A stretch of 64,000 nucleotides of DNA, from assembly GCA_964016885.1 (NCBI GenBank), contig OZ024741.1, positions 172,732,001-172,796,000 on the forward strand, given 5' to 3'. The notes below the pieces were generated by a model that made no database searches, had not been told where the DNA came from, and worked only from the letters and a program-made list of their open reading frames with translations. This DNA is from Eledone cirrhosa. Taxonomy: Eukaryota. Shown in pieces: positions 41,840 to 55,082 of the stretch; position 1 is the first letter of the stretch, and every line of letters starts with the position of its first letter. The translations under genes were made by a program, and so were the position numbers.

Positions 41840-42350
41840 TAAAGTAAAGTACCAGTAATGCACTGGGTATTTGCTGGCCTTGTGCCAAAAGTAGAAACAA
41901 TTATTATTAATAGTAGTATTATTAAGCGGTGATTTGACGGTATCGGTAGAGGGTCGGACGCCAAGCTTTGTAGCATTGAGTTACGGCCCTTTATGATCTG
42001 AGTTCAAATCCCGCCTAGGTTAACTTTGCCTTTCATCATCATGGGGTCGATAAATAAAGTACTAGTCACGCACTGGGGTCGATTTAATCGACTTGCCCAA
42101 AAATTGCTGGCCTTGTACTTATAGTAGAAACCATTAGTAGTAGTATTATTAAGCGGGGGATTGGCAGTATCGGTAGAAGGTCGGACGCCGTGCTTTGCAG
42201 CATAGAGTTACGACCCTTTACGGTCTGAGTTCAAATCCTGCCGAGGTTAATTTTGCCTTTCATCCTTACGAGATCGATAAAATAAAGTACCAGTAATTCA
42301 CTGGGGTTAATTGCTGGCCTTGTGCCAAAAAGAAGAAACAATTAGTAGTA
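41840..42350 (+). mobile_element. Head-to-tail SINE cluster (partial 41840-41905, 41925-42135, 42152-42345)
   Basis: SINE consensus repeated. Confidence 0.88.
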
Positions 42351-42589
42351 TTATTGTTCCAATTGTTTTCCATTCTTCTTGTTCATTTAAAAATTATATT
42401 TTATTTTCTTTCTTCTTCCTTAAAATTATTTTTAGTCCTCATCTTTATAATACTTTTACTTTTACTATTCTTTATATATAGTCATGTTTCATTTAATATG
42501 TTTTTCTCTTACCATTATTCGCCTCCATATTATTCTTGCAATTTCCTACACGCAACTCTAATTTATTTTCTTCCTTATTCTTATTCGAC

Positions 42590-42675
42590 ATTTGTTCTTC
42601 ATCTTCTTCAACCTCTTCTTCTTCTTCTTCTTCTTCTTCTTCTTCTTCTTCTACTACTACTACTACTAATATTAA

Positions 42676-42717
<42 letters not shown>

Positions 42718-42792
42718 TACCACCACCATTATTACTACAACTACTACTACTTCTACTACCACCACCACCACGACCACCTTCACCACCACTAT

Positions 42793-42864
<72 letters not shown>

Positions 42865-42900
42865 CACCACCACCACCACTACTACTACCACCACTACTAA

Positions 42901-42938
<38 letters not shown>

Positions 42939-42950
42939 ATACTACTACTG
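42590..42950. repeat. Compound (CTT)n/(CTA)n/(CCA)n trinucleotide microsatellite
   Basis: Directly visible. Confidence 0.95.
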
Positions 42951-43004
42951 CTCCCTGCATCCCACCACCTTACATTCCTATTCTACAGTCTTCGATATGT
43001 ACTA

Positions 43005-44970
43005 AACCACATTTACCACCAATATGACATTATTTTCTTCAGTCCGACAGAGCATTGAACCTTTAGACAAGTACAAACATGCGCACGCACAAATCTGCAC
43101 ACAAACATACTCAAACACAAACGCGTACGTGTGTGGGGGGGGTGAGTATGTGTGTGTGTGTGTTTGAGTGTGTGTGTGTGTGAGTATGTGTGTGTGTGTG
43201 TGTGTTTGAGTGCGTTTGAGTGTGTGTGTGTGTATGTGTGTGTGTGAGTGTGTGTGTGTGTGTTAGTACGTGTGTTTTTGTGCGTGCGAATGCATGTACT
43301 TGTCAACAGATTCAAATACAATGCTTGAATTTCTGATTAAAGAAAATAATGTTATATTGGTGGTAAATATGGTTACGTGCACATACACACCCACATACAC
43401 ACCCACACACAGACATATATTTTTCACTGCTACAAGGGATTAATCCCCTTTCTTGACCGGTGTATCACGTGATAGAGTCTCCCTCCGCCTTTTTGAGATT
43501 TTCTCGCATGCTACGGACGTATGTAGTTAGGGCTCTTCCCTGAGGTGCGCCTTGATAAGCTGGCTTACCTCACAACAATGTTACATATCTATGATATAAC
43601 ATTTGTGCATAGTGACCAGAGAAACTGTACAGTCGGGACGAAGAAATAATATGTATATATTGTGTCTATTATTCCTTCTTATAATATTTTATATATATAT
43701 ACTATAAATTATGTCCATAGAATCATTTGATAAGATATATACACCATTTCCTCTCCCAATTAGCATAATCAACCACACAAAAAACCATGAAGAAATAATT
43801 TCTTCATAGGTGCCTTTTAATCTTATAGCCTGGTTTAATTGGTTTTTTGTGTGGTTGATTATGCTAATTGGGAGAGGAAATGGTGTATATATCTTATCAA
43901 ATGATTCTATGGACATAATTTATAGTATATTGCTCTGATTATTTAATTTATTAATTCATCATTGAGCCACATCGTGAATGGTTGCCAAAAACATATATAT
44001 CTATGACTTTGTCTAGTTTGTGTATATGTAAATCTTTATATATATATGTATATATATATATATGTATAAAGAGAGAGAGGTGGGGGATTAACTAGAGAAA
44101 CCGAAACGATATCTAGTATACCTATATATATACTAGACATGAAAAATGCGCAAGCTCAAAAGAGCCACAGAATGTTATAATAAACCTTCAAAAGTGTGGG
44201 ACTAGAGTTGTTGCTCAAAAATATTGTAATCATTATCTATCGTACACTCTGTGGTATCTTTTTATAAAAAAGAGACTCATAACGAGCTTAAGGTGACACG
44301 ATAATTATTTAAGTGTATTTATAATATAGAATTCGGTTTAAGTGCATTTCGAAACATCTAATATGAGATATTGAACATTAGCTTAAATAATTATCGTGTC
44401 GTCTTGAGTTCGTTATGAGTCTCTTTTTGATAAAAGGATACCACAGAGTGTACGATAGATAATGATTACAATATTTTTGAGCAACAACTCTAGTCCCACA
44501 CTTTTGAAGGTTTATTATAACATTCTGTGGCTCTTTTGAGCTTGCGCATTTTTCAGGTCTAGTATATATATATATAGGTATACTAGATATCGTTTTCGGT
44601 TTCTCTAGTTAATCTCTTCCCCCTCCCTCTCTCTCTTTATATATATATATATATATATATATATGTCTGTGTGTGGGTGTGTATGTGGGTGTGTATGTGC
44701 ACTTAACCATATTTACCACCAATATAACATTATTTTCTTTAATCCGAAATTCAAGCATTGAAATTGGATCTGTTGACATGTACATGCATTCGCACGCACA
44801 AATATGCACACTCAAACACACGTACTAACACACACACATACACACACACTCACACACACACACACACTCACACACTCACACACACACACACACTCACACA
44901 CGTACGGGTTTGTGTTTGAGTATGTTTGTGTGTGCAGATTTGTGCGCTGTCGGACTGAAGAAAATAACAT
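43005..44970. repeat. Nested inverted-repeat region of about 1.9 kb
   Basis: 43030-43420 inverted versus 44660-44970; 44087-44313 versus 44382-44613; 43697-43787 versus 43840-43930; 43005-43100 versus 43280-43375. Confidence 0.85.
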
Positions 44971-45376
44971 AACTCTTTTGAGCTTGCGCATTTTTTAGGT
45001 CTAGTTTAATATTTTTTAAGGCAACGCTTGTAATAACTCTAAACATGATATATATTAATAATAAATTATCGTTGTAATGTAATTAGATTATATAATTGTT
45101 ATTTTATAAATGATCTTATAAATATTATTGTAAGATGTATAAAAATATTTTCAGACTTTTAATATAAACAACTACAAATAACAATCAATATTAAATTAAT
45201 ATATTTTACATAATACTTGTTATAGTTGAATTAATAAAAATTAAATATTACATACAAATAGTCTAACATAATAATAATAAAATAATCTAACATAAAACGA
45301 ACAATAATATGGACAAATATACAAGTAAATATAATACAACCAATATTATAAGCAACGATATTATAACGAATTGAAA

Positions 45377-45421
<45 letters not shown>

Positions 45422-45424
<3 letters not shown>

Positions 45425-48400
45425 GAAATTATTGTGTAAAGTGCTCAGGTGCACTACAACTCGTCAAAGGTGTATGTATAGTACATAGAATAATACACAA
45501 ATGTCAGCGAAGTACATGTCTGTATGTGTTACCTGTAGTGTTGGCGGATCTCGGGAAGCATGGAGGCCTTAAAGGATGCAGTGTCTCGGCAGCTAACAAC
45601 TGATGCAGGTAGTTTGTACCATGCTTCAGCAACTCTGACCGTGAAAAAATGTTTCCGAAAGTCATGGGAACTGTGCTGTTTTCTTACTTTGTGGGCATGT
45701 CCACGTGTGTTAGACACATGGAAATCAAAAAGGTACTCAGGGTTGTTGTTGGCAACATGGTTAACAATTTTGTGGGTGTTTACCAAGTCAGTTGCCAGGC
45801 GTCGGAGCTTCAATGTATCCATGCCCAGGGAAGCAAGGCGCTCAGAGTATGGTAGATGCCTGATGGAGGGTATTCGCTTGGTTGCACGTCTCTGAACAGT
45901 TTCCAGGCGGTCAATGTTCTGAGCAAGATAGCGGTTCCAGACTGGTTATGCAAATTCTAAGTGTGGTCGCACCATAGCCATGTACAGCCTTAAATAGATA
46001 TCTGGAGAGCGGCTGACAAAGGTCTTGCTGAGTGATGCTAAGACACCCTCGGCCCTCTTGACAATTTTAGAGACGTGCCTCGTCCAACGCAAATCGCTGC
46101 TGACCGTAATGCCCAGGTCACGTTCACAAGAAGACTTCTTGATATTAGTGCTGTGGACGAGTATGTGGACGCTGGGTTTTTACTCCCAAAATGCATGGTG
46201 GTGCACTTGTCCACAGCTAGCTTGAGTTGCCAGTCTGAGATCTATTGTTGCATTGTGTCCAGGTCAGACTGCAAGCAAGATTTATAGTGTTCAGGATCTG
46301 TCCTTTTTATCTCAAGGTACAGCTTGATGTCGTCTGCGTACTTTAGTACTGTGGCATTCTTTAAGTTGGCATCTATGTCATTAATATATGCCACAAACAA
46401 AAGGGGGCCAAGAACAGATCCCTGTGGTACACCAGATGACATCTCATATGGTGAGGAATGCTGTCCCAGAACCGTGACTACCTCTCTTCGACTGAGAATG
46501 AAGGACTTCAACCAATTAAAAAGATCATCCTTCACACCCATTGCAGAGAGTTTTACCATAAGCCTTTTGTGTGGCACAGAATTGAAGGCTTTAGCAAAGT
46601 CAAGGTAAACAACATCCACCCATGAGCCGCCATCAGTGATCCAGGTGATGTCCTCAAGAAACTCTATAAGTTGATCACGGCAGCTGGAGTTGGGGGTAAA
46701 TCCAAATTGCGAGGGCCGGATAAGACTGTTAGAGCTCCAGAAGTTCCAAAGTGTTTCTCTGACACAGGATTCCATCAGTTTGACGATGCAACTAGTAAGA
46801 CTGACTGGACGATAGTTCACAGGTGATGTGCGGTCACCCTTTTTGAACAGAGGAATGACATTGGCAGTTTTCCACTGTTCTGGAGTAGCACTGTTGTTCA
46901 GACAGAATTAGAAGAAGCGTGATAACTGGTGCAGAAGGAAGTACCCACAACGTTTAAGAAGCAGGTACGTAACACCATCAAGACCAGGAGAGGCATGGTT
47001 ACGTTTATTCTTTAGGTGACGTCGCAGCATTGCAGGTGTAAATTCCATGGTTGTAATAGAGTCCGGTGTCATAGGTGGTGGAGATGGTACACTCTGGTCT
47101 TCAATAGTGAAAATGCCTGCATAGCATTCAGCAATGAGCTCTACGCATTCTTTGGGGTCGTCAGTAACCTGGCTTGTGTGGGGATTGCGAAGAGGACCAA
47201 CTGGAGAGTGAGTCCTCTGCTTTTAGTGAACATACTTCCAGAACACCTTACTGTCAGGGCTGGTTGCTATGCGCTGCTCGAATTGAAGCACTGCCTTTTT
47301 TGTCACCTGTTTGAGGTGGTTGGACGATCTATTTCGCCTCTTCCCATTAATGTCTGATTTGTGAAGTTTGTACTCACGTTCAGCATTGCGCCGTTCTTTT
47401 CTGGCAAGACGGACTGCTGCAGTCTCCCAAATTGCGCTTTTGGGATGTTTTTTCCGCTTACGTGGCACCGATGCTGCACATGCTGTCCATATTGAGCTCA
47501 GGATGTTCTGGAGTACAGTGTTGACATCTCCAGAGTCGTAGAACTCAAGCCAGTTTTGCCGTTGCAACTCGGTGCAGTAACAGTTCCAGTCTGCTTTATT
47601 CCAGTCAAAGTGAGCAGTTTGGAGATGGTTGTGGTTCTTGTTACTGCCCATGAGGGATAGATTGGCAATGATCATAGCATGATCAGAATCACCTAAAGGT
47701 TCCTCAGCAGTAACACTAATGACCGTTTCAGGAGTAGTGGTGAAGAGTAGGTCCAAAGTGTTGTCATCTCTCGTTGGGGAGGTGACCACCTGGGACCAAC
47801 TCGAGTCCAGCACTAGCTCAAGGAAGTCATTTGCACTTGGCGGCCAACGAAAGGTTTCCCAGTCAATCTCAGGGTGATTGAAGTCTCCTGCAATGAAAAC
47901 ATAAGTGGCTGTCTTCCTGGCAGCAGCTCTGAGGATATCACAAAGTTGAGTGACCTGATGGTAAATTGGGGGACGGTAAACGACTCCAAGTAGCAGTGTT
48001 GACATGGTCATACGTATATCGCAGAAAAAAACTTCCTGCTGTGATTGGTTCAAATCAGCACAAGGAATTGCCGACAGATTTGACCAAACGTAGACCATTA
48101 CACCACCACCACGACAATTAATGCGGTCTTTACGAAACAGGTTGTAGCCAGTCATGCTGAAAACCCCATCACAGAGTAAGGGATGTGCCCAAGTTTCCGT
48201 GACTGTAATGAAGTCAGGGTTGATACTTTTGACGTTGGAGTCAAAAAGATTAATCTTATTGCATAGACTACGTGCATTCAAGGACAACAATTTGTACTTT
48301 GATTCCAGTCTATGATTATGTGCAGGGGATGGCAGGTTGTTCTGATTTAGTTTCCCAGAGTTTTTTCAGTTTCTTTATTGTCAGTTGTTGTGGGTACAGT

Positions 48401-48432
48401 GTTTTCAGACCAGCTGGTGTCTCTTTTCCATG
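45422..48432 (-). mobile_element. CR1-clade LINE: nearly complete ORF2 (APE and RT) with a few disruptions, 3' UTR, flanked by (TA)n
   Basis: SLNARSL, VTETW, GDFNHP, LDLLF, SDH; YRPVSLTSCIVKLME, VYLDFAKAFNSVPH, GVPQGSVLGPLLF, KYADD; C-terminal TRGH..FF..RV..W..LP. Confidence 0.93.
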
Positions 48433-48477
48433 TTATATATTATATATATATATATATATATATGCATATATATATAA

Positions 48478-48890
48478 AGAATAAAGATTAACAAGAGTTT
48501 TAATTAAACCATTTAATTGATTTATAACTTCAATTGTTACGTGTAATTGAACTTAAATGTTCCAGCTACACACCTCTAGCTCTATTTCAGTGAATACTAT
48601 ATGGGTATGATTGCATGGTGGTTTGTAAAATATGTATAGTTGCTGAACGTTATATTTCATATTTTATCAATAATAAATTTTAATTAAGTCTTTGGGCTTC
48701 CATAAATTTTAACGTTTTTCCAATAATATTTGAATGCTATTGTTTATGTTTTCTCTGGTTCACTGGAATTCTTGAGCATAAATAAATTCTAAGGATTTAT
48801 TGTAACATGAATGGAATGTTCTTGTTAGTCTAAGGAAACGGTCGTAAATTAATTAAATCTTTTAATTAAAATCCTTGTTAAACTTGATTT
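48478..48890. repeat. AT-rich insertion between microsatellites with imperfect inverted ends of about 48 bp (Penelope-like remnant)
   Basis: ttaacaagagttttaattaaaccatttaattgattta versus taaattaattaaatcttttaattaaaatccttgttaa; GAAAC-GGTC-GTA half motif at about 48835-48847. Confidence 0.5.
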
Positions 48891-48924
48891 TCTCCCTCTA
48901 CCTCTCTCTCTCTCTCTCTTTCTT

Positions 48925-49006
<82 letters not shown>

Positions 49007-49085
49007 CCGAGATGGGGGGGGGGGTAAATAGATAGATAGAAAGCTAGAAATATATAGGAATATATAGGAAAGCACTCCCTCTTTT

Positions 49086-50553
49086 AAAAACCCTTAAGAA
49101 TAACAAGTCACCAGGTATGGATGGCATTTCTGCTGAAATGCTGAAGTCAGGAGGCGAAAGCATGGTCAAGTGGATGGGCCACTTATGTAATCTTGTGTGG
49201 AACACAGGTGAAGTCCCAAAAGACTGGAGAAACAGAGCGGTTGTCTGTATCCCCAAGAAGGGCAACCTTGCCGATTGTGACAACTGGAGGGGAGTGACAC
49301 TTTTCTCCATACCAGGGAAGCTCTATTGTCTAGTGATCCTGAACCGCATGCGTGACATGGTAGACCGGGAACTGCGAGAACAACAGGCAGGGTTCCGACC
49401 AAAACGTTCCTGTGCAGAGCAGATCTTTACGCTACGCCGCATCATTGTGAGGTACAACGAATTCTAGAGGCCCCTCGCCATCAGCTTCATCGATTTTTCC
49501 AAAGCATTCGATAGCATTCATCGACCGTCACTCTGGAGCGTCATGCATGAGTATGGTCTGCCCCAGAAAGTCATTTCGGCAATCAAACAGATTTACGTAA
49601 ACTCCAAGTGCTGCATACGGACAGAGGATGGTTACAGTGACTGGTTTGAGGTGGTTACTGGCGTGTGTCAAGGTTGCTCGCTCTCTCCAATTCTCTTTAC
49701 TATAGCTATTGACTTGGTACTAAGAAGAGCGTCTAAAGACCAGGGTATAACTTGGGTGGGAGAGCAAAAGTTGTCTGACCTGGACTTTGCGGACGATATT
49801 GCTGCACTTGCAGAGAGCACAGCTGATCTGCAAATCATTGTGAACAATATCAATGTCGAAGCAGGAAGCTTAGGTCTCAATATCAGTGCCAAGAAGAACA
49901 AAAGCATGTTATCTGGGACACACCCACCACCAACCAGTGTCTTCATTGAACAGTGGGGGGAGATAGTGGACAACTTCACCTACCTAGGAAGCTCCATTAA
50001 CAATGGGGGCGCCATGGACAGTGAACTGCAATGTAGAATGGGAAAGGCTTCAGCAGCATTTAACCAGCTTCTCAAGATCTGGAAGAGCAGGAAGTTCACC
50101 CTCAAAACAAAGATGAGATTCTACAACAGCAACGTGCTGTTCACACTCTTGTACGGAAGTGAAACAGGGCACCTTAAGACCAGCCAAGAGAAGAAGTTGG
50201 ACGCATTCGATTCCAGATGTCTGCGATTAAATGGAGTGACCATGTAACAAACCAGGAAGTCAGGAACCGCACCAACCAGCAGCTAGTCTCTTCTACCATC
50301 TGCAAACGACGTCTGGGCTGGTTTGGACACGCTTTGAGACTTCCCCCGGAGAGACTGGCGAACCAAGTACTTAAATGGAGCCCGCAGGGAAGCAGACGGA
50401 GAGGGCGACCCAAAATGAACTGGCGCCAGACAGTTGAGAGGGACCTGCGAGCGACAAACAGACAATGGCGGGATGCTGTGCAACTGGCTGCTGACCGAAC
50501 GCGATGGAACACTATGATTGTCTCATGCGTCGCAAGACGCGGGAGCTTCTGAG
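49086..50553 (+). mobile_element. 5'-truncated RTE-clade LINE (RT and C-terminus) with 12-bp TSD
   Basis: KSPGMDGISAEMLK, NWRGVTL, QQAGFR, IDFSKAFDS, QGCSLSPILF, LDFADD, FTYLGS, WFGHALR, RGRPK; TSD actccctctttt at 49074-49085 and 50554-50565. Confidence 0.95.
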
Positions 50554-50829
50554 ACTCCCTCTTTTCCAGAGTGAAAGCTGACAGTTCATTGAACTTTTGA
50601 CCAGATGAACATGCCTTGGAGATGGACCGGAAGAAAGAAGGTTCTAATCTAAACGGATACTTTCGGTATCAAGAACAGAATGAAATACAGGCACTTGGGG
50701 TTAAAATGAAGAGCAATAATGTGTTAAGAAAGAAAATAAAGAAAGGAGTTTGAAAAAGATTAAGAAGCAAATTAAATTGAGAGAGTCATGATAGTTATTT
50801 TATTTTTGATAGTATTGAATATTATGTAT

Positions 50830-51295
50830 TGTCAGCACGCTTTCTCCAATCGTCCCGGTCGAACGTGAAATTTCTCAGGAAGATAGGCTGTCTCATTCAT
50901 TGATACCCTGCTGAGAGATACCAACATTTATAGCATCAATGAATGAGACAGCCTATCTTCCCACGCTTCTTCCCCCGACCGCCGGTTTCCAGATCACAAT
51001 TTGGGATGCTATCTCTTCTGGATGACGGATGCGGTACCCAGCCAGTTTCATTCGTCTTGTACATCTACTGTTTCCTGACAAAATTACATTGTATCTATTG
51101 GAAACCAGCTGTTGGCCTATTTTATAGCTCAATCTTACACACCACCATTATGCCCCACCCTGCCACAATCACAATCATCAGTATCACTATTAATATCGTC
51201 TTCGCCGCCATTCGTACATAAGCTAAAGGTGTATGAACCTCTACACAGTAATAAATTCAAAAATAAGGTAAACTCTCCAAATATCAGTTGCCTTC
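50830..51295 (-). mobile_element. Degenerate RTE C-terminal fragment with a small internal inversion
   Basis: RRMKLAGYRIRHPEEIASQIVIWKP..GRSVGR; inverted repeat ggaagataggctgtctcattcattgat / atcaatgaatgagacagcctatcttcc at about 50878-50962. Confidence 0.65.
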
Positions 51296-51540
51296 CGACA
51301 GGTTTGCAGTCGAGCCCCTAGCAGTGGAGATTCCGGTGTCTTTAACCGTAGGGACACCTCCCTACTCACCGCCATAGGCGCTGGATTGGCTACCCGCAAG
51401 TGTGATCCTCGGGAGCTGGAATGGCTCTTCTAGCGCATCTCCTTCACCATCCCCCAGGGAAACGCTTTCTGTATTCTGTCCGCCGGGGCAGTGCGGCGGC
51501 CAACGCGTGGGACCCCATTTGCTCATAATAGTGAGAGGTG
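51296..51540 (+). mobile_element. 3' fragment of a CRE-like RLE non-LTR element
   Basis: EPLAVE.SGV...DPRELEWLF*RISFTIPQGNA resembles the P.AVET.G...QRxSxAxxRGNA C-terminus of CRE-type RLE domains. Confidence 0.55.
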
Positions 51541-52242
51541 GAGAGGGCGAGAGAGATGGAGGCGAAAATAGTGGGGCTTTGGTTCCTTTGTGTTCGGACC
51601 TGGTGTACATGTGAGTGTAATTGTACACTATCGACCCTTTCTTTTTCTCTTTCCTTGTAAAGTCTAAGTTAACAGCAACAAAGGCAACTAAGACATAGAT
51701 ACACATAGCTACACATAGAGGCGTGCGTGCGCGAGCACACACACATACACACTCACAAATGGTGGATCGCGTGTTGCTGTTGTTATTGTTTCTTAGTGCT
51801 AGGTTGCGTCCAGCCACAAGGAACCCGATTATTTTAGGATTATTAGGAATTCCATTATCTAACATGGCCGTCTCTATTTTAAAAAAAAATATATTAGAAT
51901 TCTATTTGATGGGGATTTGGCTGCTATTTCCTAGAAGATTGAATGACTTCGTATAAAGTCTCTCATTTGCTCCTGTTGTACTGGATTAATTGTATCAACC
52001 TAAGATAATATTTTAGTATAATCGCTCGGGTGTTTCAATCTGCTAGAAAATAGGAGCTAAACGTCCCTCGTATCATAACGTGCCGTTTTCAAATAGTTAG
52101 GGGGGGGGGGCATTAAATACTAGACTTTTAGATAGCCTTAAAATAGGTAGGTTAGGTACAGTCTGAATTCCTTTTATCATAGTTCTACTCGATTAAGTGT
52201 AATATGGGACTGATTAACAATACACCACATTATATCCTCTAC

Positions 52243-52463
52243 GTGGATTGGCAGTATCGGTAGAGCGTCGGACAACATGCTTTGCAGCATAGAGTCATGG
52301 CCCTTTACGGTCTGAGTTCAAATTCGGCCGAGGTTAGCTTTGCCTTTCATCCTTACGGGGTCGATAAAATAAAGTACCAGTGACACATTGGAGTCAATTT
52401 CATCGACTTTCCCTCCCCTCCCCTCAAAAATCGTTGGCTTTGTGCCTAAATCAGAAACCATTA
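52243..52463 (+). mobile_element. tRNA-derived SINE (long variant)
   Basis: SINE consensus with A and B boxes. Confidence 0.88.
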
Positions 52464-52876
52464 TATTTGATATACATACTCCTGGTGATATAAGACGACC
52501 GGAACCTCCAGCCAAATGCAGGAGGCTGCCAGAAATCCAATCAGTCGGAAACTGCCTTAAAACTGTTTGTTTTCTTTGTTTATCTCTGTTTTTGTTTTGT
52601 TTCCTGGGACTCACCCATGTACAGTGCTAACCGATCTCTAATGATCACAGCGAGGTTTTTCGACATGCTCATTCACTATCTCGAATTGCTTCTATGCATC
52701 GTGCCTACTATTGTCCAGTGTCTCTTTCTACGTTTATCCATTCTTTTGACTGCACACACACACACATAAACACATACAGCCACACCCCTACACAAGCATG
52801 CACATACACAATAGATGCACGTACATATACAAACATATGGCATATCACACATTCACATATACATACATGCATGCAT

Positions 52877-53303
52877 GGATACTCCACCCTGACTATACCT
52901 TCAGATTTATGCCTGTGATTATTGAGGCACTGGGATATGTTAGTAACTGCCTCAGTACAAATCTCGACAAGCTGAGCTTCACAGAAACAGAAAGAACACA
53001 ACTAGTTAGGAAATTAGAAGAACAATCCATTAATGGAACAGTAAAAATATGTAGAATTCTGCATCTAATAACTGCATATAAACTTGTACAGATACAAAGC
53101 ATATGCACATGCACACATACAAATCAAAACATACCCATGCACACATACAATAACATCCATACCTACACACACATGCATGCATGTAGACATGCATACATAT
53201 CTACCTAGTTGATGTGTAAATTCCAATGAGAGAGTCTTGTGTCTATGTTAGAAACCGACGCTCTCTATTGGCAAACATTTGTGAAATTATAAAACCAGAA
53301 GAA
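52877..53303 (+). mobile_element. R4/Dong-like family B, short 3' fragment
   Basis: ILHPDYTFRFMPVII.ALGYV and the shared 3' UTR, followed by CA/CATA repeats. Confidence 0.88.
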
Positions 53304-53452
53304 CATACACACACACATACATATACGCATGCATGCATACATACATACATACATACATACATACATACATACATAAAATACTACATACATACATACATAC
53401 ATACATACATACATACATACATACATACATACATACATACATACATACATAC

Positions 53453-54954
53453 AAAAATACAATACTACACCCGATTAAGAAAGATCTAGTCATCGGAACT
53501 CTCTATGCAAAACAAAACAGTGGCTCACAATGTGTTTGCTATGCATGTCCTAACACCAACGTTTGGAATACTCAATTGGACGATAGACGAAATCCGAGCA
53601 GTTGATGTTGGAACTCGAAAAATACTGAACAACACCGGAAACTTTCACATCAACAGTGACATAGACCGCCTTTACTTGAAACGTAAGCAGGGAGGCGGAG
53701 GCATAACATCAGTCCAGACAACATTTGAATGTCGCATCATATCTCTCCGACAACATCTGCGAACTTCAAAGCGTAGGAGCCCGTTTCTCGAGCAAGTCTA
53801 TCTGCATGAAATAGATAAGATAATGAGAGTTGGGAAGGAACTCCTCGAGAGATATTCCCTGTGTGATAATCAAAAACTCACACCCAGCAATATCGCAGTG
53901 AATCCATGGATGAAAAACTGCATGCCTATCAGCAAAATAACATGCATGGATATGTTGCCAAGAAGCTCCAGAGTGAGTGTAATATAGATAAGGAAAGTAG
54001 TCTATCTTGGACCAACAACCGCTATATTGGCTCCCACTTTGAAGGATACGCTTTTGCAATCCAGGAACAGGAGATTAGCACGAAATACCTGATTCACAAA
54101 AGAGATAGTGATGCAGGCAAAACACCTAGATGTGATAGCAAGTGCAGACTCTGCAGAACTAACATCGAGGATATCACCCATGTCATCAGCAGCTATCCAA
54201 AGATGTCATCGCGGTACTATCTACCTATGAGGCATGATGTAGTGGCCAAAACACTATACAATGCAGTTCGTAAAAAAGATAGCCCCGATAATAAACATTA
54301 AAAGCTACAGCAATGTGGAAGACATCCATGTACATAATATGAAAGAGTACTGGTGGAATGTTCCAGTAAAAACCCCAATAAAATGCAGGCATAACAGACC
54401 AGATATTATGATATGGGACAGGGAGAAGAAAACATGCACAGTAGTGGAAATTAGCTGCCCCGCAGATGCAAATATAATATCAACGATTAGTGAAAAGGAG
54501 AATATTTATGCAGAACTGATGAGAAATCTGCAGATACTCCACCCTGATTACACCTTCAGATTTATGCCCGTGCTTATTGGGGCACTGGGATATGTTAGTA
54601 ACTGCCTCAATATAAATCTTGAGAAGCTAGGCTTCACAGGAACAGAAAGAACACAACTAGTTAGGAAATTAGAAGTACAATCCATTAATGGAACAGTAAA
54701 AATATGTAAAACATTCCAAAAATGTTGCATCTAATAACTGCATATACACATGTACAGATACAAAGCATATACACATGCACACATACAACTCAAAACATAC
54801 ACATACAATAACATCCATATCTACACATGCATGCATACATACATATCTACCTAGTTGATGTTGTGTAAATTCCAATGAGAGAGTCTGGTGTCTATGTTAG
54901 AAACCGACTCTCTCTCTATTGGTAAAACTTTGTGAAATTATAAAACCAGAAGAA
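53453..54954 (+). mobile_element. R4/Dong-like family B, 1.5-kb 3' fragment in (CATA)n
   Basis: SDIDRLYLKRKQGGGG, AIQEQ, CRLC..H..S, RHD, RPD, VEISCPAD..EKENIY; frameshifted. Confidence 0.92.
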
Positions 54955-55082
54955 CATACATACATACACACATACATACATACATACATACATACATACA
55001 TACATACATACATACATACATACATACATACATACATACATACATACATACATACATACAAACATACATACATACATACATA

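Noticed and set aside
42354-43058. 234-aa Leu/Pro-rich ORF and overlapping Thr- or Val-rich ORFs
   Set aside because: Product of trinucleotide microsatellites.
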